From: the human T2T-CHM13v2.0 reference genome, Homo sapiens
Assembly: GCF_009914755.1 (NCBI RefSeq)
Contig: NC_060939.1
Strand: one strand, 5' to 3'
DNA: 64,000 nucleotides
Shown: in pieces, positions 21,578-38,829 of the stretch
Numbering within the stretch: the stretch's first letter is position 1
Layout of the letters: each line of letters starts with the position of its first letter
Position numbers and translations under genes: made by a program
Notes under the pieces: model-generated
Seen by the model: the letters and a program-made list of their open reading frames with translations, nothing else
Database searches by the model: none
Told to the model about the DNA's origin: nothing

Positions 21578-22245
21578 TTTTTTTTTAAATATGAAAAGAC
21601 ATGTTATTATTATTATTAGTGCATACACCAGATTGCACTGTCTCCAATGGCAAATGAGGCAGAGGGTAATATTTCTCTTTAATTCCCCAAGAACCTCAAT
21701 ATCATCTGTCTTCTGGAGGTTCCGGTTTCTTCTGACATCTGTGCTAATGTCCACGAAGATGCCAACCGTACTTAGCATAAAGAACATTTTGCTAAGTTGT
21801 TCTATTATGGGTTCTCGCTCAAGGTGTTCACTTTTTTCTTCTCTAGTTTTCAGCACTTGACCATGTGTTTCTTCATTATTATACACAGGATCTGGTCAAG
21901 GGATAGGTTTTGTGCGTTCATATGGAATGTCTATAGAAGGATGGTAACATACTATTGTCCTGGCATCAGGTGTCAAAGCAAATTCTACTTTGCAATTGTA
22001 GTCACCTGGAAAAGAAGAGTACGTAGATTTATGACAAACATAAGGCTCCATTTTGGATTGAAGATAAATGTTTCCAGATAGTTCTCTTTGATATCACCCG
22101 TCTTACTGCTGCTACTGCCATGTAGCAAGACACTTATCAGGTAGTATGAAAAAAGATGCTTCAAAGAGAATCTGCTTCTGGGCACATTAATTTTCATCCC
22201 TGCTTCACAGCTGTTCACCATGAGCCCATCATCTTGTCTCCTTAT
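21578..22245 (-). pseudogene. MRPL42P5: Processed pseudogene of mitochondrial ribosomal protein MRPL42 (CDS remnant 22121..21702)
   Basis: [19 protein letters not shown]..., [13 protein letters not shown]..., IEQLSKMFF match MRPL42; intronless, with frameshifts/stops, poly-A remnant and TSD; the P5 number is recalled from locus identity. Confidence 0.9.
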
Positions 22246-22404
22246 TTTTGCATAGATCTTAAATTATTTTTACCCAGTTGTAATCATGGACAAATTTGTA
22301 GTCTGCTTTTTTTCACTTAACATTAGTTATAAACTGTTCCATACTGCTGCATATTCTTTGTAATTATAATTTTAATGATTTATAATTTAATTGTTTTACT
22401 TGAA

Positions 22405-23345
<941 letters not shown>

Positions 23346-23875
23346 ATTGTCCTGCATTGTTATAAAGAGTTTTCAGCACGTTTTTTAAAAAAGGATACAC
23401 ATAATAAATAAGAAAAGTATGTATTATAAGATGCCAAATAATGTGTAAAAATAGCAGAGTAAGGAGAGTAATGGGTTTAGGAGGAGGGAGTGTTTTCATT
23501 TGAAATAGAGTAATTGGGGTAGACCACACCGAGAACATTTGAGCAAAGACTTGGAGGAGATGAGAGCAATCCCTGAATAACACATGAAGAAATCAAATTA
23601 CTTTTACAATATGTTCTCGCTATGCCGTTAGAAAGCAGGCATTAGAAGGGCTAAGATCCCAAGAGGGGCTGGTGAAACTTGTATATATCTACATCATTGG
23701 CTAAAATATAAATCAGCCCAGTTCTTTTGTGAAGCATTATGTCAATTCACACAGCCATTTAAAATATTAATGACTTTTGACCTGGTAATCCCACTCCTGG
23801 GAATTTGTCCTAAGGAAATTTTTGCAAAGAAGAGAAAAAGCTCTATGTGGAAAGATCACTGCAGCAGTATCCATT

Positions 23876-24578
23876 TGTCTTAGTCAGGTCTAACCTTAGT
23901 CAGGTTTATTTCTCACAGTTCCGAGGTTGGAGTCTGAGAATTGGGGGCCAGCAGGGTCCAGTTCTGGGAGAAAGCCCTCTTCTGGGTCTCCAGCTGTATT
24001 AATCCATTCTCACACTGCTATAAGAACATACTGGAGACTGGGTAATTTGTACAGGAAAGAGGTTTAATTGGCTCACAGTTTGGCATGGCTGGGGACGCCT
24101 CAAGAAACTTACATTCATGGCAGAAGGGGAAGCAAATATGTTCTTCTTCACAGGGCAGCAGGAAGGAGAATGAGAGCCGACTGAAGGGGGAAGCCCCTTC
24201 TAAAACCATCAGATCTCGTGAGAACTTACTATCACAAGAATAGCATGAGGGAAACTGCCCCCTTGATTCAGTTACCTCCCGCTGGGTCCTTCCCACCACA
24301 CGTGGGGATTGTGGGAACTACAATTCAAGATGAGACTTGGATTGGGACACAGCCAAACCATATCACCAACTGTCTACTTCTCATTGTATCCTCACATGGC
24401 AGAAGAGAACTAGCTAGGTCTCTGGCCCCTTTTTGTAAGGGCACTAATCCCATTGATAAAGGGTCCACTCTCATGACCTAATTACCTCCCCAAAGTTCCA
24501 TCTCCATATACCATCACATCAGGATTAGTGTTTCAACATGTATATTTTAGAGGGACACAAACACACAGTCCATTGCAC
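23876..24578 (-). mobile_element. MLT1-type LTR with a nested THE1/MST-type LTR (23995-24365)
   Basis: inner tgtattaatccattctcacactgct...cagccaaaccatatca with 5-bp TSD ccagc/ccaac. Confidence 0.85.
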
Positions 24579-24619
24579 CATCAAAGTGAGGAAGTGATGG
24601 GCTCAGAATGGTCTTGGAG

Positions 24620-24713
24620 TCAGATGTCAGGGTCTGAAGGCTTGGCTGTATGATCTGCCACTTGGTATCTGTGTGGTCTTGGGTTTAGTGACTTGATCTT
24701 CCCGAGCCCATGC
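24620..24713 (-). other. Candidate distal alternative terminal exon of CCDC32 (RHGLGKIKSL...DPDI*), MIR-like sequence
   Basis: acceptor ctgatttccttccatcacggcag; 31 codons to TGA in the exon-3 phase. Confidence 0.35.
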
Positions 24714-25423
24714 CTGCCGTGATGGAAGGAAATCAGTTTGGGAAAGTCCTGGGGGACCAGACTGTGGAGGGTCTTGACTGCTAAGCCAGCGACTCCAGGC
24801 TCTGTGCAGTCAGCAGGAGAATCATTACAGGTATTTGATCAGAGCTGTGCATCAGGAAGATTAACGTGACGGTGGCATATAAGATGAATGGAATGGGGGA
24901 GAATGCAGAGGTGGGGAGGCCACTTAGGAGACTTCTGCAGTAGTCTACATGAGAGGCAATGACTAATTAAATGAAACAGCCCAAACTGTATGAGCACCTT
25001 GTAGGTGATGAGCCATTATCATAGATCTCCAGCCTCTCCATAGCATCTGTTTTAAAGTCTGCACTGAACAGAAATATTACAGAATAATGCTTTATATTTC
25101 TAACCCTTTGCAGTTCAAAAAGTGCTTTCATGAGCATTCTCTCATTTGATCTAGGGTGTTTACAAATTTATATTTTGAAGGAGTTTTTCCACATATTGAA
25201 ATTGGGCCTATAGATTTATAGTTTTCAGGGCCCGCCCCTTCTCTCCTCCTCCACTCAGCTTCCTTTCGTTCAGTCTTCAGGCACTTCATGGTTCTTTATT
25301 CCTTTTCACAACCAAAAAAAAAAAAGAAAAAAAATAGTGCATGCTGAACAACACACCAGGCTCCTTGCTAAGTCTCTCCAAAAGCAGGGAAGTCATCAGT
25401 GTGCGGGATTTGAGCACATGTGG

Positions 25424-25558
25424 TTTATTTAATCATTCGTTCATCTTTCTCTGATTGCAGTGGAGTTTCACACGTTCCACCATATGCTGTCCCTGAAATG
25501 CTCTGCACACACTAGTGAGAGCCCATGAGGGGGCCTAGCCTTTGCCTTCCCTCCTTGT
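25424..25558 (-). other. Candidate distal alternative terminal exon of CCDC32 (RQGGKAKARP...IWWNV*) with AATAAA
   Basis: acceptor ctgatttcctccttcaatcctggcag; stop at 25470-25468; AATAAA at 25429-25424. Confidence 0.4.
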
Positions 25559-27336
25559 CTGCCAGGATTGAAGGAGGAAATCAGGTTGGGAAAGTCCTGT
25601 GGGACCAAATTGTGGAGGAGCTTGACTGCTAAGCCAAGGACTCCAGACTCTATGCTGTCAGCAAGAGAAACATAGGTATTTGATCAGAGCTGCCCATGAG
25701 GAAGGTTAATCCAGCAGCGACTCCCTTAATCCAGCAGTGACTCCCTCCAGCTTCAGCCCTTCCCCAGTCTCAGGGTTGGAGGGAGTGTCTTTTGCTGGAG
25801 TCCCCCAAAGGGGTCCCAAGTCACCAGGAGACACAGGACTAGCGATCACCCAGGAGGCCTGCAGCCTGGGTCTCCACTGTGATTGAGGCTTCCTAACTCT
25901 GGCTTCTTGGGCTTCCAGAAGCACTAATGAGCAGGGCTGAGCAGTAATTAAGACTGTGCTCTGTTCCACATCATCACGCAGCACAGCTGCAACTGCTGGG
26001 AGGAAGGGGAAGGAGAGAAGACCGGGAAGATGCCTTTAGCCCTGTCTTCCCACTCTGAACCTACTTGCTCTCAGGCTCTCCAGTGCAGCAAGGAGGGGTT
26101 GGTAAAGCCATGGGATGAGGGAACAGCTACAGGAGATGGCTGCCCAGGGCTGGGGAAATAGCGTTCAGACACCAGCCAGCTGTTGCTGCTCCATTCTGCA
26201 TCCCAGGTGGGGTGCCAATGGGCCAAGCCATGATTTTCTCAGAGGTGAGGACCCCTGTCTTGCAACCAGCCTGGCACTACAGGCCCTGCAGCAGGAGGGG
26301 GCTGTGATCTGGCCAGGGGGAGCTGGGTGGAGGACGAGTATGACACATGAAATTATGAGTCTCGGACCTTCTCTGGCTCACATCCCAGAACAGGGGCCTC
26401 TCTTGGCAAGGGCCCACTGCAAGAACAAGTACTCAATGAGCAACACAGAGCCAAGCTCTGGAGGTTCACAGGTCACACTACAAGCCAGTTCATTCCACGG
26501 AACACACTCTCCAGTGGAGAAGTGGAGGTCAAAACAGAGTCATGACTGCTACGATGGTGATGAGAAAAAGTTCCATGGGGCCACAGAGTCACCTAGGGTC
26601 GACTGAGGACAGCTTCACTTATATGGTGGCACTTGAACTGAACCTTGAAGTAGAAGAGGGATTCACCAGAAAATATGGTTTTGGCAAAGGGAATAGAGAA
26701 CAAAGGCAGGTGGCATGAGATAGTCAGCTGCCAGGAGACGTGGTGGGCCTGGCCCAGAGCATGAGTGGAGCGAGAAGGGAAGGATTCTGGAGAAAGGAAC
26801 CAAGAGAATCTAGAATTCTAAAGGACCACCAGGGGCTCCAGGCCTGGCAGGAGCAACTAACAGGATGACCCACCTTCCCCAACTTACACCACCTCAGGCG
26901 CTGGGCAGATGCTCTGTGACTTTATCAGTATCCCTGGGGAGTGGTGCCAGCCCCAGGTGCTGAGCTGGAGGGGGGATCACAGAGGAATCAAGGGACTCAA
27001 GGAGGGAAGGCAGCTGGAGGGAAGGGGCTTGGGCAGAACGAAAGAGGAAGGGGCTTGGCCCTGGGCTCTCATCCACTCCTGAAGCCCATGCAGGGAACAG
27101 TGAATGATGCAGTGCCTGTGTCCCAAGGTCCCAGCCTCGTGTGGGACCATCGGGGCACTAGCAGCCTTCCTGTCTCCTACCCCTTGCTCTGGGGGCCACG
27201 GGTACATGAAGGTTTCCAGAACCCAGGGAAGAGGCCAGAGGTTCAGTAATAGCTCTACAGGAGCATAACTAGAGAGTGATGACCAACTCCCAAAATACAG
27301 AATGTTTATTTTGAGCTCCACAATACATGTCAGTCA

Positions 27337-27690
<354 letters not shown>

Positions 27691-28937
27691 TTAAATATAT
27701 GTAATCAGCACTCATTTCAAATAGTCTTTTAGCAGCATGCTAACTTATGACTACAAGGTCTGCGGTCCCCTCTCCTGCCAAGTGTCCCCTTCCCCTGTAC
27801 AAGTGGCCCAGAGGCAGTTCTCCAAGGGGATTTGGGGACTGTACTCCTGTATAAAAGAAAGCCTGTGGTGCTGCTGTGTTAAGTTACCCACCTATTGGCT
27901 GGTGAGTGCCCCCTTCATGTCTTTCCTGAAGGTAGATTTTCAGTAAATAAGAAGACCACATTTTTTATTCTGAGGCTATGGTCTTGTTTTCCATAGCAGT
28001 GTGTCCCAGAAAGCTCGAGATCTCTTGCATGGCCATGATTTGAAAGTCTGGAAATGGGATCCACTGGTAAGCTATGTTCTCCATGGAGCTCACCTGAGGC
28101 TGCCCTGCACCCCTCGCCTCTCCCTCAAGGGGTCACAGGGCACCTGTGGGCACCTCTTTCTGCTGCCTGTATGTCCGCCCCAATAGGAGAAAGAGGGGGC
28201 ATAGAGGGAAATGAGTCTCCTTCACTGGTTCGAATTAGCGGGAAGCCTGTGAGTCCAAGCCCCCCTCAAATTCAGGCAACGACCAATCCGGCTTCCCTTT
28301 CTGTGCCCTTGTCAGAGAAGAGGCCGCTGGGCCCAGGCCTGTCCCTTTCCTCCAACCTGGCAGGCATGGGAAGCAACTGTGGAGGAATTTTAGAGCTGGG
28401 AGAAGCAGAGGGAGGATTGGAAAGCCTTTTATTTTCTTTGAACTTTTCCATTTAAAATATTTCTATTTTTAAAAGAATAATTTGGTTCTTTTTAATTTAG
28501 CATGTTTTCCTTAGAGCAATAAAGGCTTTTGCAATATGGAAAAGGTGACATTTGATCTGAAGGAGTCTGGGGGAGCTCTGAGTATAGGGAACTGACCTTT
28601 AGTACCCACCCATGAGCGCTGCCAACTGGGGGCCTGAGGTCTAGTGCTTGCCACAGGTGGGCTCACCGCAGGAGCCTGCTGGTGACCAGCCTGTCCCTCT
28701 TCCCATGGGTTCTCTAGCTGGCTCTGACTAAAGCCCTGTCTCTCTCTTGGCTCTCTCGCCAGCTGTCCCACTTCTCAGCTTCTCCCTTTCTTCATTCAGC
28801 CCAGCCCAGAAGCCCTGAGGGCTGGGCCAGAGGGAAGTAGTTGTTGCTGTTTCTCCCCAGCTCCCGCTCAAACCTGACACCACAGAAAGGTCAATCCCAC
28901 ATGGTTCTGCACATCCCTGCCTGGCCCGCCCTGGCTG

Positions 28938-29058
28938 TTACCATGACGACTGCTGGGCTGGAAATGTCCTTCGCCACCTCTGCTCAGCACACTGGTGGCT
29001 GTCCCACGCTCCATCCTCAGAAAAGCTGCTGCTGCCAGGGGTTCTGGAGTTACAGGGC
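28938..29058 (-). other. Candidate distal alternative terminal exon of CCDC32 (RPCNSRTPG...QQSSW*)
   Basis: long pyrimidine tract + cttattcccatag acceptor; open for 40 codons in the exon-3 phase. Confidence 0.5.
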
Positions 29059-29542
29059 CTATGGGAATAAGACAGACCGACAGAGACGAGGAAGATAGAC
29101 AGATACAGTCAGAGGCACACACTAACAGAGTCAAAGAGAGACAGGCATACATAGGAGCACCGAGAGTGCGAAGGTGCGAGGAAGTGAGGTGTCGACACAG
29201 CCTCAGCCGTGCAGGACTGCAGGAAAAATAAAGCAAAGTGGAGCCTGAGACAGAGACAAGAGACAAACGGAGGCACAGGGGACACGGGGGCCCGTGGCAC
29301 CACAGCAAGAGGCCAGGCAGAGGAAGAGAGGAAAAGCAGAGACCAAGGCAGTCAGCTCTCCGCTGCCCCTGCTCCCATCCCAGGAAATTTCCTTGCCCAA
29401 TAGGTCTCTCTTGGCCTCCTGCTCTCTGAGATGTCAGGCAGGGTCTGTCTGAGTTGATTTGTTGGCCAGGCTGTTCCTCTGGCTGGACAACATTTGCCAC
29501 CTTAAGAGGGGCCCTCCCCTAATAAGAGTGATCAAACTGTTG

Positions 29543-29543
<1 letters not shown>

Positions 29544-29586
<43 letters not shown>
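29544..29586. repeat. (CA)n microsatellite
   Basis: read directly. Confidence 0.98.
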
Positions 29587-29588
<2 letters not shown>

Positions 29589-29962
29589 CGCTCCTTGCCC
29601 TTGATTCCATGTCACCCCAAACTCATCATAAATACCTACTCAGCCTCACTTCGCCCAGGTGGTGAAATGGGCATTGGAACAGTGTGAAGGGTTGATTTTC
29701 AAATTGCGGCAAAATCTAGGGAATAAGTGTGAACCTCAGAGATGATGATGCCCCTGGAGGTAATGAATGGGCAAGAGGAGGGAAAAGACAGACTGAACAG
29801 TGAGTACCAGACAAGAGTGTGGGGCCCAGAGGGTGGGAGAAGGGATCAGGGAAGAGAGAGACAGGCTCAGAGCTCTGACTAGGGCAATCCAGAGGAGTGG
29901 TAACAGGAGGGCTGGGCCAACTGGATTGGCCTTTAGTGCCTGGCAGGGAACACTGCCTCTAA

Positions 29963-30374
<412 letters not shown>

Positions 30375-30920
30375 AGCATTTTCTTCTTAGAAAATGATTA
30401 GGCTGTCAATACAGGAAACTCTGGGGCCGGGCCAGTCTCTCATCTATCCTAACCTTGACCACAGTGTGAAAGGACAGTAGAGTCAGTGCCCCTAATGTCA
30501 CCATGTTCCAAGCTCACATATGAGTGTTGAACAGGTGCCAGCCTGGAGCGTCCATTGCCCTGGTGCCCTCAGTCCAGAGAGCCCAGTGAGAAGCTGGGCC
30601 AAGAAGGAAGACTTGAACCCAAGAGAGCAGTGTGTGGACATTCAGACTAGGCTGGGCTGAACTCACCCCCGGGGAGAACCACTTCCCACACTGGGCCACA
30701 GAGACCAAAATGTCAAAACCAAAGGTCCCGCACAGCCCTGGAAGGCGGATCCTGGCCTGGGCGGGAAAGAGACTGTGCCAGATGCTCACGCGCTGCCTCA
30801 CATCCCTCCAGCCCATTTCTGTGACCAGCCGCAGCTGCAGCGGATGCTTCTGGTACATGCTCAGTTTCCCTCCTCTCTCCTCTGCGTGAGGCTTTTCTTA
30901 GCCCCTGCAGGGCTGCCTGA

Positions 30921-31330
<410 letters not shown>

Positions 31331-32172
31331 TAAGCCATAATCTTTATGTCTCCTCAGAGTGATCCCAGGGCGACAGCCCTAACTACCCACAGTGGACCTA
31401 CTCAACACAGGGAGCTGTCTCATTCTCCTCCCTCCCTCACTCCTGCTCACCCCCTAAAATCAGCCACCTACATACAGGTCCTTGTCTCAAGGTACACGTT
31501 CAGAGAACATAAAACAGCACAAGAGCGACCTTTTTGTGATCTTCCAACCCAAGAGTCTGTCCCTCAGGGTTGAGCTAAGATAAGAACTGTTGGAGGGCTC
31601 TGCCTCTGACCACTGACTGGTAGGTGATCAGGTGTTTGTCATTATTATCTAGGGAGGAGAAAGAAGAACTCACCAGCTCTCCCTCCCAAATGCTGGGGAG
31701 ACCAGGGCTGACTTAACAGCAGCAAGCCCCCATAGGTCTCCAGTAGCCAACCACAGATTTTCATAATTGGAAAGGACCTTAGGGGTGACCTGATCCAACT
31801 TTCTACACAATGCAGGAATCCCCTTTACAACCTTTCTGACATCTGCTGACACACCTCCAGTGACAGGGAATTACTATCTTCTACAAGGCCACCCTATTGT
31901 TGAACAGCTATTAGAAAGTTCTTAACACTGAATGGTAATTGGTCTTCCTGAAACTCCCTGCCATTGGTCCTAGTTTGTCCTTTGTACTTCAGTGTGTCTC
32001 AGCTTTCTACCCAATACTCCTTCAAATATTTTAAAGCCAACCGGGTCTCTCTTAAATCTCTTTTCTATGGAAAACAATCTTATTGTCTTGTCCTGTCTTC
32101 AAATAACTCGATCTGAGCCTGCTCACCCTGGACCCCTCCTCTAGGGAGCATTGCAGTTTGTCGATGTTCCTC

Positions 32173-33535
<1,363 letters not shown>

Positions 33536-33924
33536 TCCTCTTGCAATGTGGTGCCCAGACGATGCTTTCAGAGAGGCATGACCACTGCAGAATATATTTT
33601 TACACTACTATGTCCCAGGTACACAGGTACATTTCCACTATTGATTCCTAGAATTATAACTTTTTTTTAGCAGCACATAACACTGCTGACTCCATTGAAC
33701 TGTTAAGACACTGAACACCTGTTTGGGGTTTTCCATACCACTTTCCCCTTTCTTCAGCCAACAGCAATCCTCTTTCACTTCCCATTCTCATATGGTTCTG
33801 GTGGGACTGTTTACCACAGTATCCTGTACCCCTAACCATAGATCTTGCCCTTGTCATAGTCAGTGCTCCAATGATGAGCATGTGACCCAGGCCAAGCCAA
33901 TCTGAGTCCCTCCCCTGGAATGTA

Positions 33925-34220
33925 TTTATTTATTTGAGACAGGATCTTGCTCTGTCGCCCAGGATAGGGTGCGGTAGGGCAATCATAGCTCACTGCAGCC
34001 TCAACCTCCTGGGCTCAAGCAATCCTCCCACCTCAGCATCCCGAGTAGCTGGACTACAGGCATGCAGTACCACGCCAGGCTAATTTTTAAATTTTTTTTT
34101 TGTAGAGACGGGGTCTCTTTCTGTTGCCCAGGCTGGTCTCAAACTCCTGGGCTCAAGTGATCCTCCCACCTTGGCCTCCCAAAGTGCTGGGATTGTTAAG
34201 CCTAAACCACTGTGCGGAGC
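33925..34220 (-). mobile_element. AluJ
   Basis: Alu consensus. Confidence 0.9.
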
Positions 34221-35879
34221 CCCCTGGCATCTATTATATGGGGTTGGAAAGTGTTATCTTTCCTCTGGACTTCCTAAACTGGAATCATGTCAGCCCAGAG
34301 CTCCCTGTGCTATACCAACACACAGAGAGAGTCAACAGTGGGAGGAAGAGAGGCTAAAGATACTGCTGGAGTCCTGAGGTCCAGCTAACTGAAGCCAGCT
34401 CTATATGTCTTAGACTAGAATTGAGTCCGGCTTGGATTTTTTTTTTTCAACAGCCTTGGAAAACTTTCCAGAGTCTGGCTTCTTGGCTTCTGTCACTAGA
34501 ACAAACTAATAAATACTCTGTTCTTCTCTGTCCTCTAGTTGTGTAGTTAATTTCTGATCCCAAATGAAAGATTTCACATTTATCTGTATCATGTTTCATA
34601 CTTTGTCCCATCACTCTAGTCTATAGAAAAATTTTAGAATTGTTATTCTTTTATTCAATTACCTACTCCTCTCACTTTTGATAAGGTTACCTTCTATTCA
34701 CTCAACCAAATCATTGATAAAGATGTTGAGCTGAACAGAGGAAAAAGAAACCAACAACATGTCAGTTTATCAATCCAAGAGTTTACCTTTGGGATGATTG
34801 TTCTAACAACTGTGGGTCTCCTCTACCATACTCTTACCCAATGTACACTCCGCATCCTGTCTGCCTTGATCAGGCACCATGCTGAAGACCACACTGCACC
34901 TTGGCATTCTGCTAAGCCAATATTTGATGGTCTCATCCCCAAAGGATGTAAGATTAAAGAGCCAAAACTGGTCCTGGAAATATCTGTTCTTTAAAATGCT
35001 CATAAACTCTCAGTAACCTATCTGCTTTCTTCTGCACACATACACACACACACACACACAATCCCTCTCACCTTTGCCTCCTCCCTTTCTACTTATCTGC
35101 TAAAGAAGTAATTTTTAAAAGTGGATTACGTCAAAATGAAGGGAGGAGAGAGTCAGTTTGTTTGGGAAAAGAAAACCTTTAGAGCAATGTGTGACACAAC
35201 ACTTGGGACAGAGGAGGTGGAGAGAATGGGGGGAGATGAACATCTCTCTGCCACACATTGACTAATAGGAATAGTACATTGAGGGCTTAGGAAAGGCTGG
35301 GGCTGGAGGCTAGGGAATCGAGGAGCAAAGGCCCACTACTGTTCCACTTTGGCCTGTAGGAGGTGGTGTGGGGTACCAGCAGAGAGCACAGGCACTGGAG
35401 AGCTAGGCTTGGCTCTCCATCCTGGCACCACCACCTGCTAACCACCCACTACTACCTGCTGAGAGCCTGCAGCTCCCAAGACAGACACTCAGGTGCCACA
35501 CTTCCCTCCACTCAGTGACCAAGCCTCAGTGGTTCTCCTTGCAAATGCTCCCATATCCACTTCTCTCTAGCCTTGCCGCCACACCTCATTCATGTAACTA
35601 TCATCTCTTCAAAGATTTATTCTGCCTCATTCTCTCTCTCTTCACCTTCTGAGGCTGGAATCACATGTATATTAGACTGTTATTGTCCCACAGCTCTTAT
35701 AGGTTTTGCTTTGTTTTGCTTTTCCCCCATCCCAGTTTCTCTTTGTGTTTTAGTTCAGAGAATTTTTATTGACCAGTTCAAGTTCACTGGTTCTTCACCT
35801 ATGCCTACCTACTGAAAAGCCTGTGGAAGCAATTCATCTCTAATATCATGTTTATTTCTAGCATTTCCATTTGACTTTA

Positions 35880-36705
<826 letters not shown>

Positions 36706-38157
36706 CTATGTTTTGCAGTTTTTTAACTGAATGCCCATGGTGTATAAAACAGCAGAGACTGAGGTAAATAGTATCTGTATCTGGGAGTGGGGCTGCCTCT
36801 TCTGTCAGCCTGTTGGTCTGGGGGGTTGAGTCAGTCTTGTTAGGAATTGGACAGGGTTTGGGTTTGGTTGTGCTCTCATTACCTTCAGTGCACCCCAGGT
36901 TTCAAATTCCTCTAGTGGTGGGCTGCTTAGAGTGGGGACTGGGGTGTCAGGGCTTCCTCAGTGCTGCTGTCCCACACTCAGCTTTTCAGCTGGCAGAAGA
37001 CTTCTGTTGCTTGTGATCTGGTGCCAGGCTCAGGCAGGGCAGGGCAGGGTTGATTCTGTTACCCTGGCCCGGCTTCAGTCTTAAATAGGTCCTAGGCACC
37101 CGAGCTTCAGCAGTGGGACTTTCTCAGTGTTTCTGTCCCTCTTCCCTATGGAAGCCAAACTCTGCCTTATATGTGGTTCATCTGGGATTAGCCAAAGTTC
37201 TTGCCCTCCCCACAACAGAGTGGACCTTCGCTTGAATCTTCAGCCCAGGACAGTTTCCTGCTTCTGCCCCTGGGTAGGGGGTTTCTGCTTCTAGTCCCAG
37301 GAGCAATGGGTCTTTGCCTGTTCAAGAAGGGCAAGAAGGTTTTGACACCTCACCAGAAGCAGATAAGTTTTGCTTTTATTCCTCCCACTGAAGCAAAAGT
37401 TTGTTACCCCTCCCGCCATGGCTTAAGGCTTTTGCTTAAAGGAGAGGATTGTGGAAGTTGAGGCTTTTTGCCTTCCACCAGCAGCCGCCTTGATCAACCT
37501 CTGCATGCATGCATCACCAAGGAAGAACAGTCCCTCCCTTTCCTGACCTGTTCCCACTTTTCTCCATGAACCCCAGGGGAGGCCTGTACAAAAAAGGTTG
37601 CCTTTGCACGCACTCTCGTGTCTAGAATCCTATTCAGCTATTCTAAACTGATATGCTAGGCCACATGTGGACTTTACAAATTTGTTAACATTTTTATTGT
37701 CTTTTTCTTACCCACTTGTAAGACAGCCACATCTTTGCCAAAGTTGAAACAGTTGATGGGTCACTATCTCTCCTTCTATTTCCTCTCACTCCTATTCATT
37801 TCTATGAACTCAGCTCCCCTAACACTATCTCTCCTTTATTTGGTTGCCTTGTGGCCTTGGCTTTCTGATGGGCTCAAGAAAAGTTATGATTTTGTACCTG
37901 CTTTTTCACATTGTTAGGACGGAAGGGACATTTTCTTGCAGTATTCTACATCCTAAGTGGAAAAAGTCCTCAAGTACTATCATCTCTTTCTTAGACAACT
38001 GCAACCACCTCACAGCTGGTCTCCTGTGTCCAATTTTGCCCCTCTCCCTACTGTAGCCAGCATAAGTATTAAATTCTGCAACCATCGCAGACTAGAGGGG
38101 GCTGCAAAATAAAATACTTAAAAATTAGCTACTTAAAACCTGAAGCTTAGCTTATGG

Positions 38158-38672
38158 TGCATTGGTTATCTATTGCTGAGTAACAAATCAACCCAAAACT
38201 TAGTGGTTTAAACCATGACATTTATTGAATCTGTAGGGCTTTGCAGGGACAGCTTGTCTCTGTACCACTTGGTGTCACCTGGGACAGCTTAAAAACTGGG
38301 GGATGAAATCATTTGAATTACTTACTTATATGTCTGATGCCTGGGGTGGGAAGACTCAAACAGCTGGGACTCCCTGGGCTTCTCTACCTCTCTGTGGCCG
38401 ACTTCTTACATGCCGGCTCAGAACTACCAAGGAGCATGCTGAGAGAGAGAGAGAGAGACCCCAGGTGGAGTGCTTTCATGACCTTGCCTCAGAAGTCCCA
38501 TTATTTATGCTGTACTCTATTAGCAAGGCAGTTACATAGGTCTGCCCAGGTTCAAAGGGAGGGAATATTGACTGAAGATCTCAGGGGAGGAGTGTCCACA
38601 TCACACTGGAACATGAATGAGTGGGATGGGATACACTGATTTGGCCATCTTTGGAAAATACAATCTGCCATA
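38158..38672 (-). mobile_element. MLT1-type MaLR LTR
   Basis: tattggttatctattgctgagtaacaaatcaacccaaaacttagtgg ... ggccatctttggaaaatacaatctgccata. Confidence 0.8.
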
Positions 38673-38829
38673 CATGATTCTACTTGTTCTGTAATAGTGA
38701 AAAAATAACAAGAAAAATTGAAGTAGAAAATAAAAACAAAGAAAAACCATTTCACATAGACATGTATCGCTGCCAAGTGTGAATAACTTGTCCACCCTCA
38801 ATCACTTTAATTATGGCAAACCCATGGCA

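Noticed and set aside
28868-29500. 210-aa minus-strand ORF
   Set aside because: Largely low-complexity CT-rich sequence, no homology; it is in a different frame from the one exon-3 splicing would use
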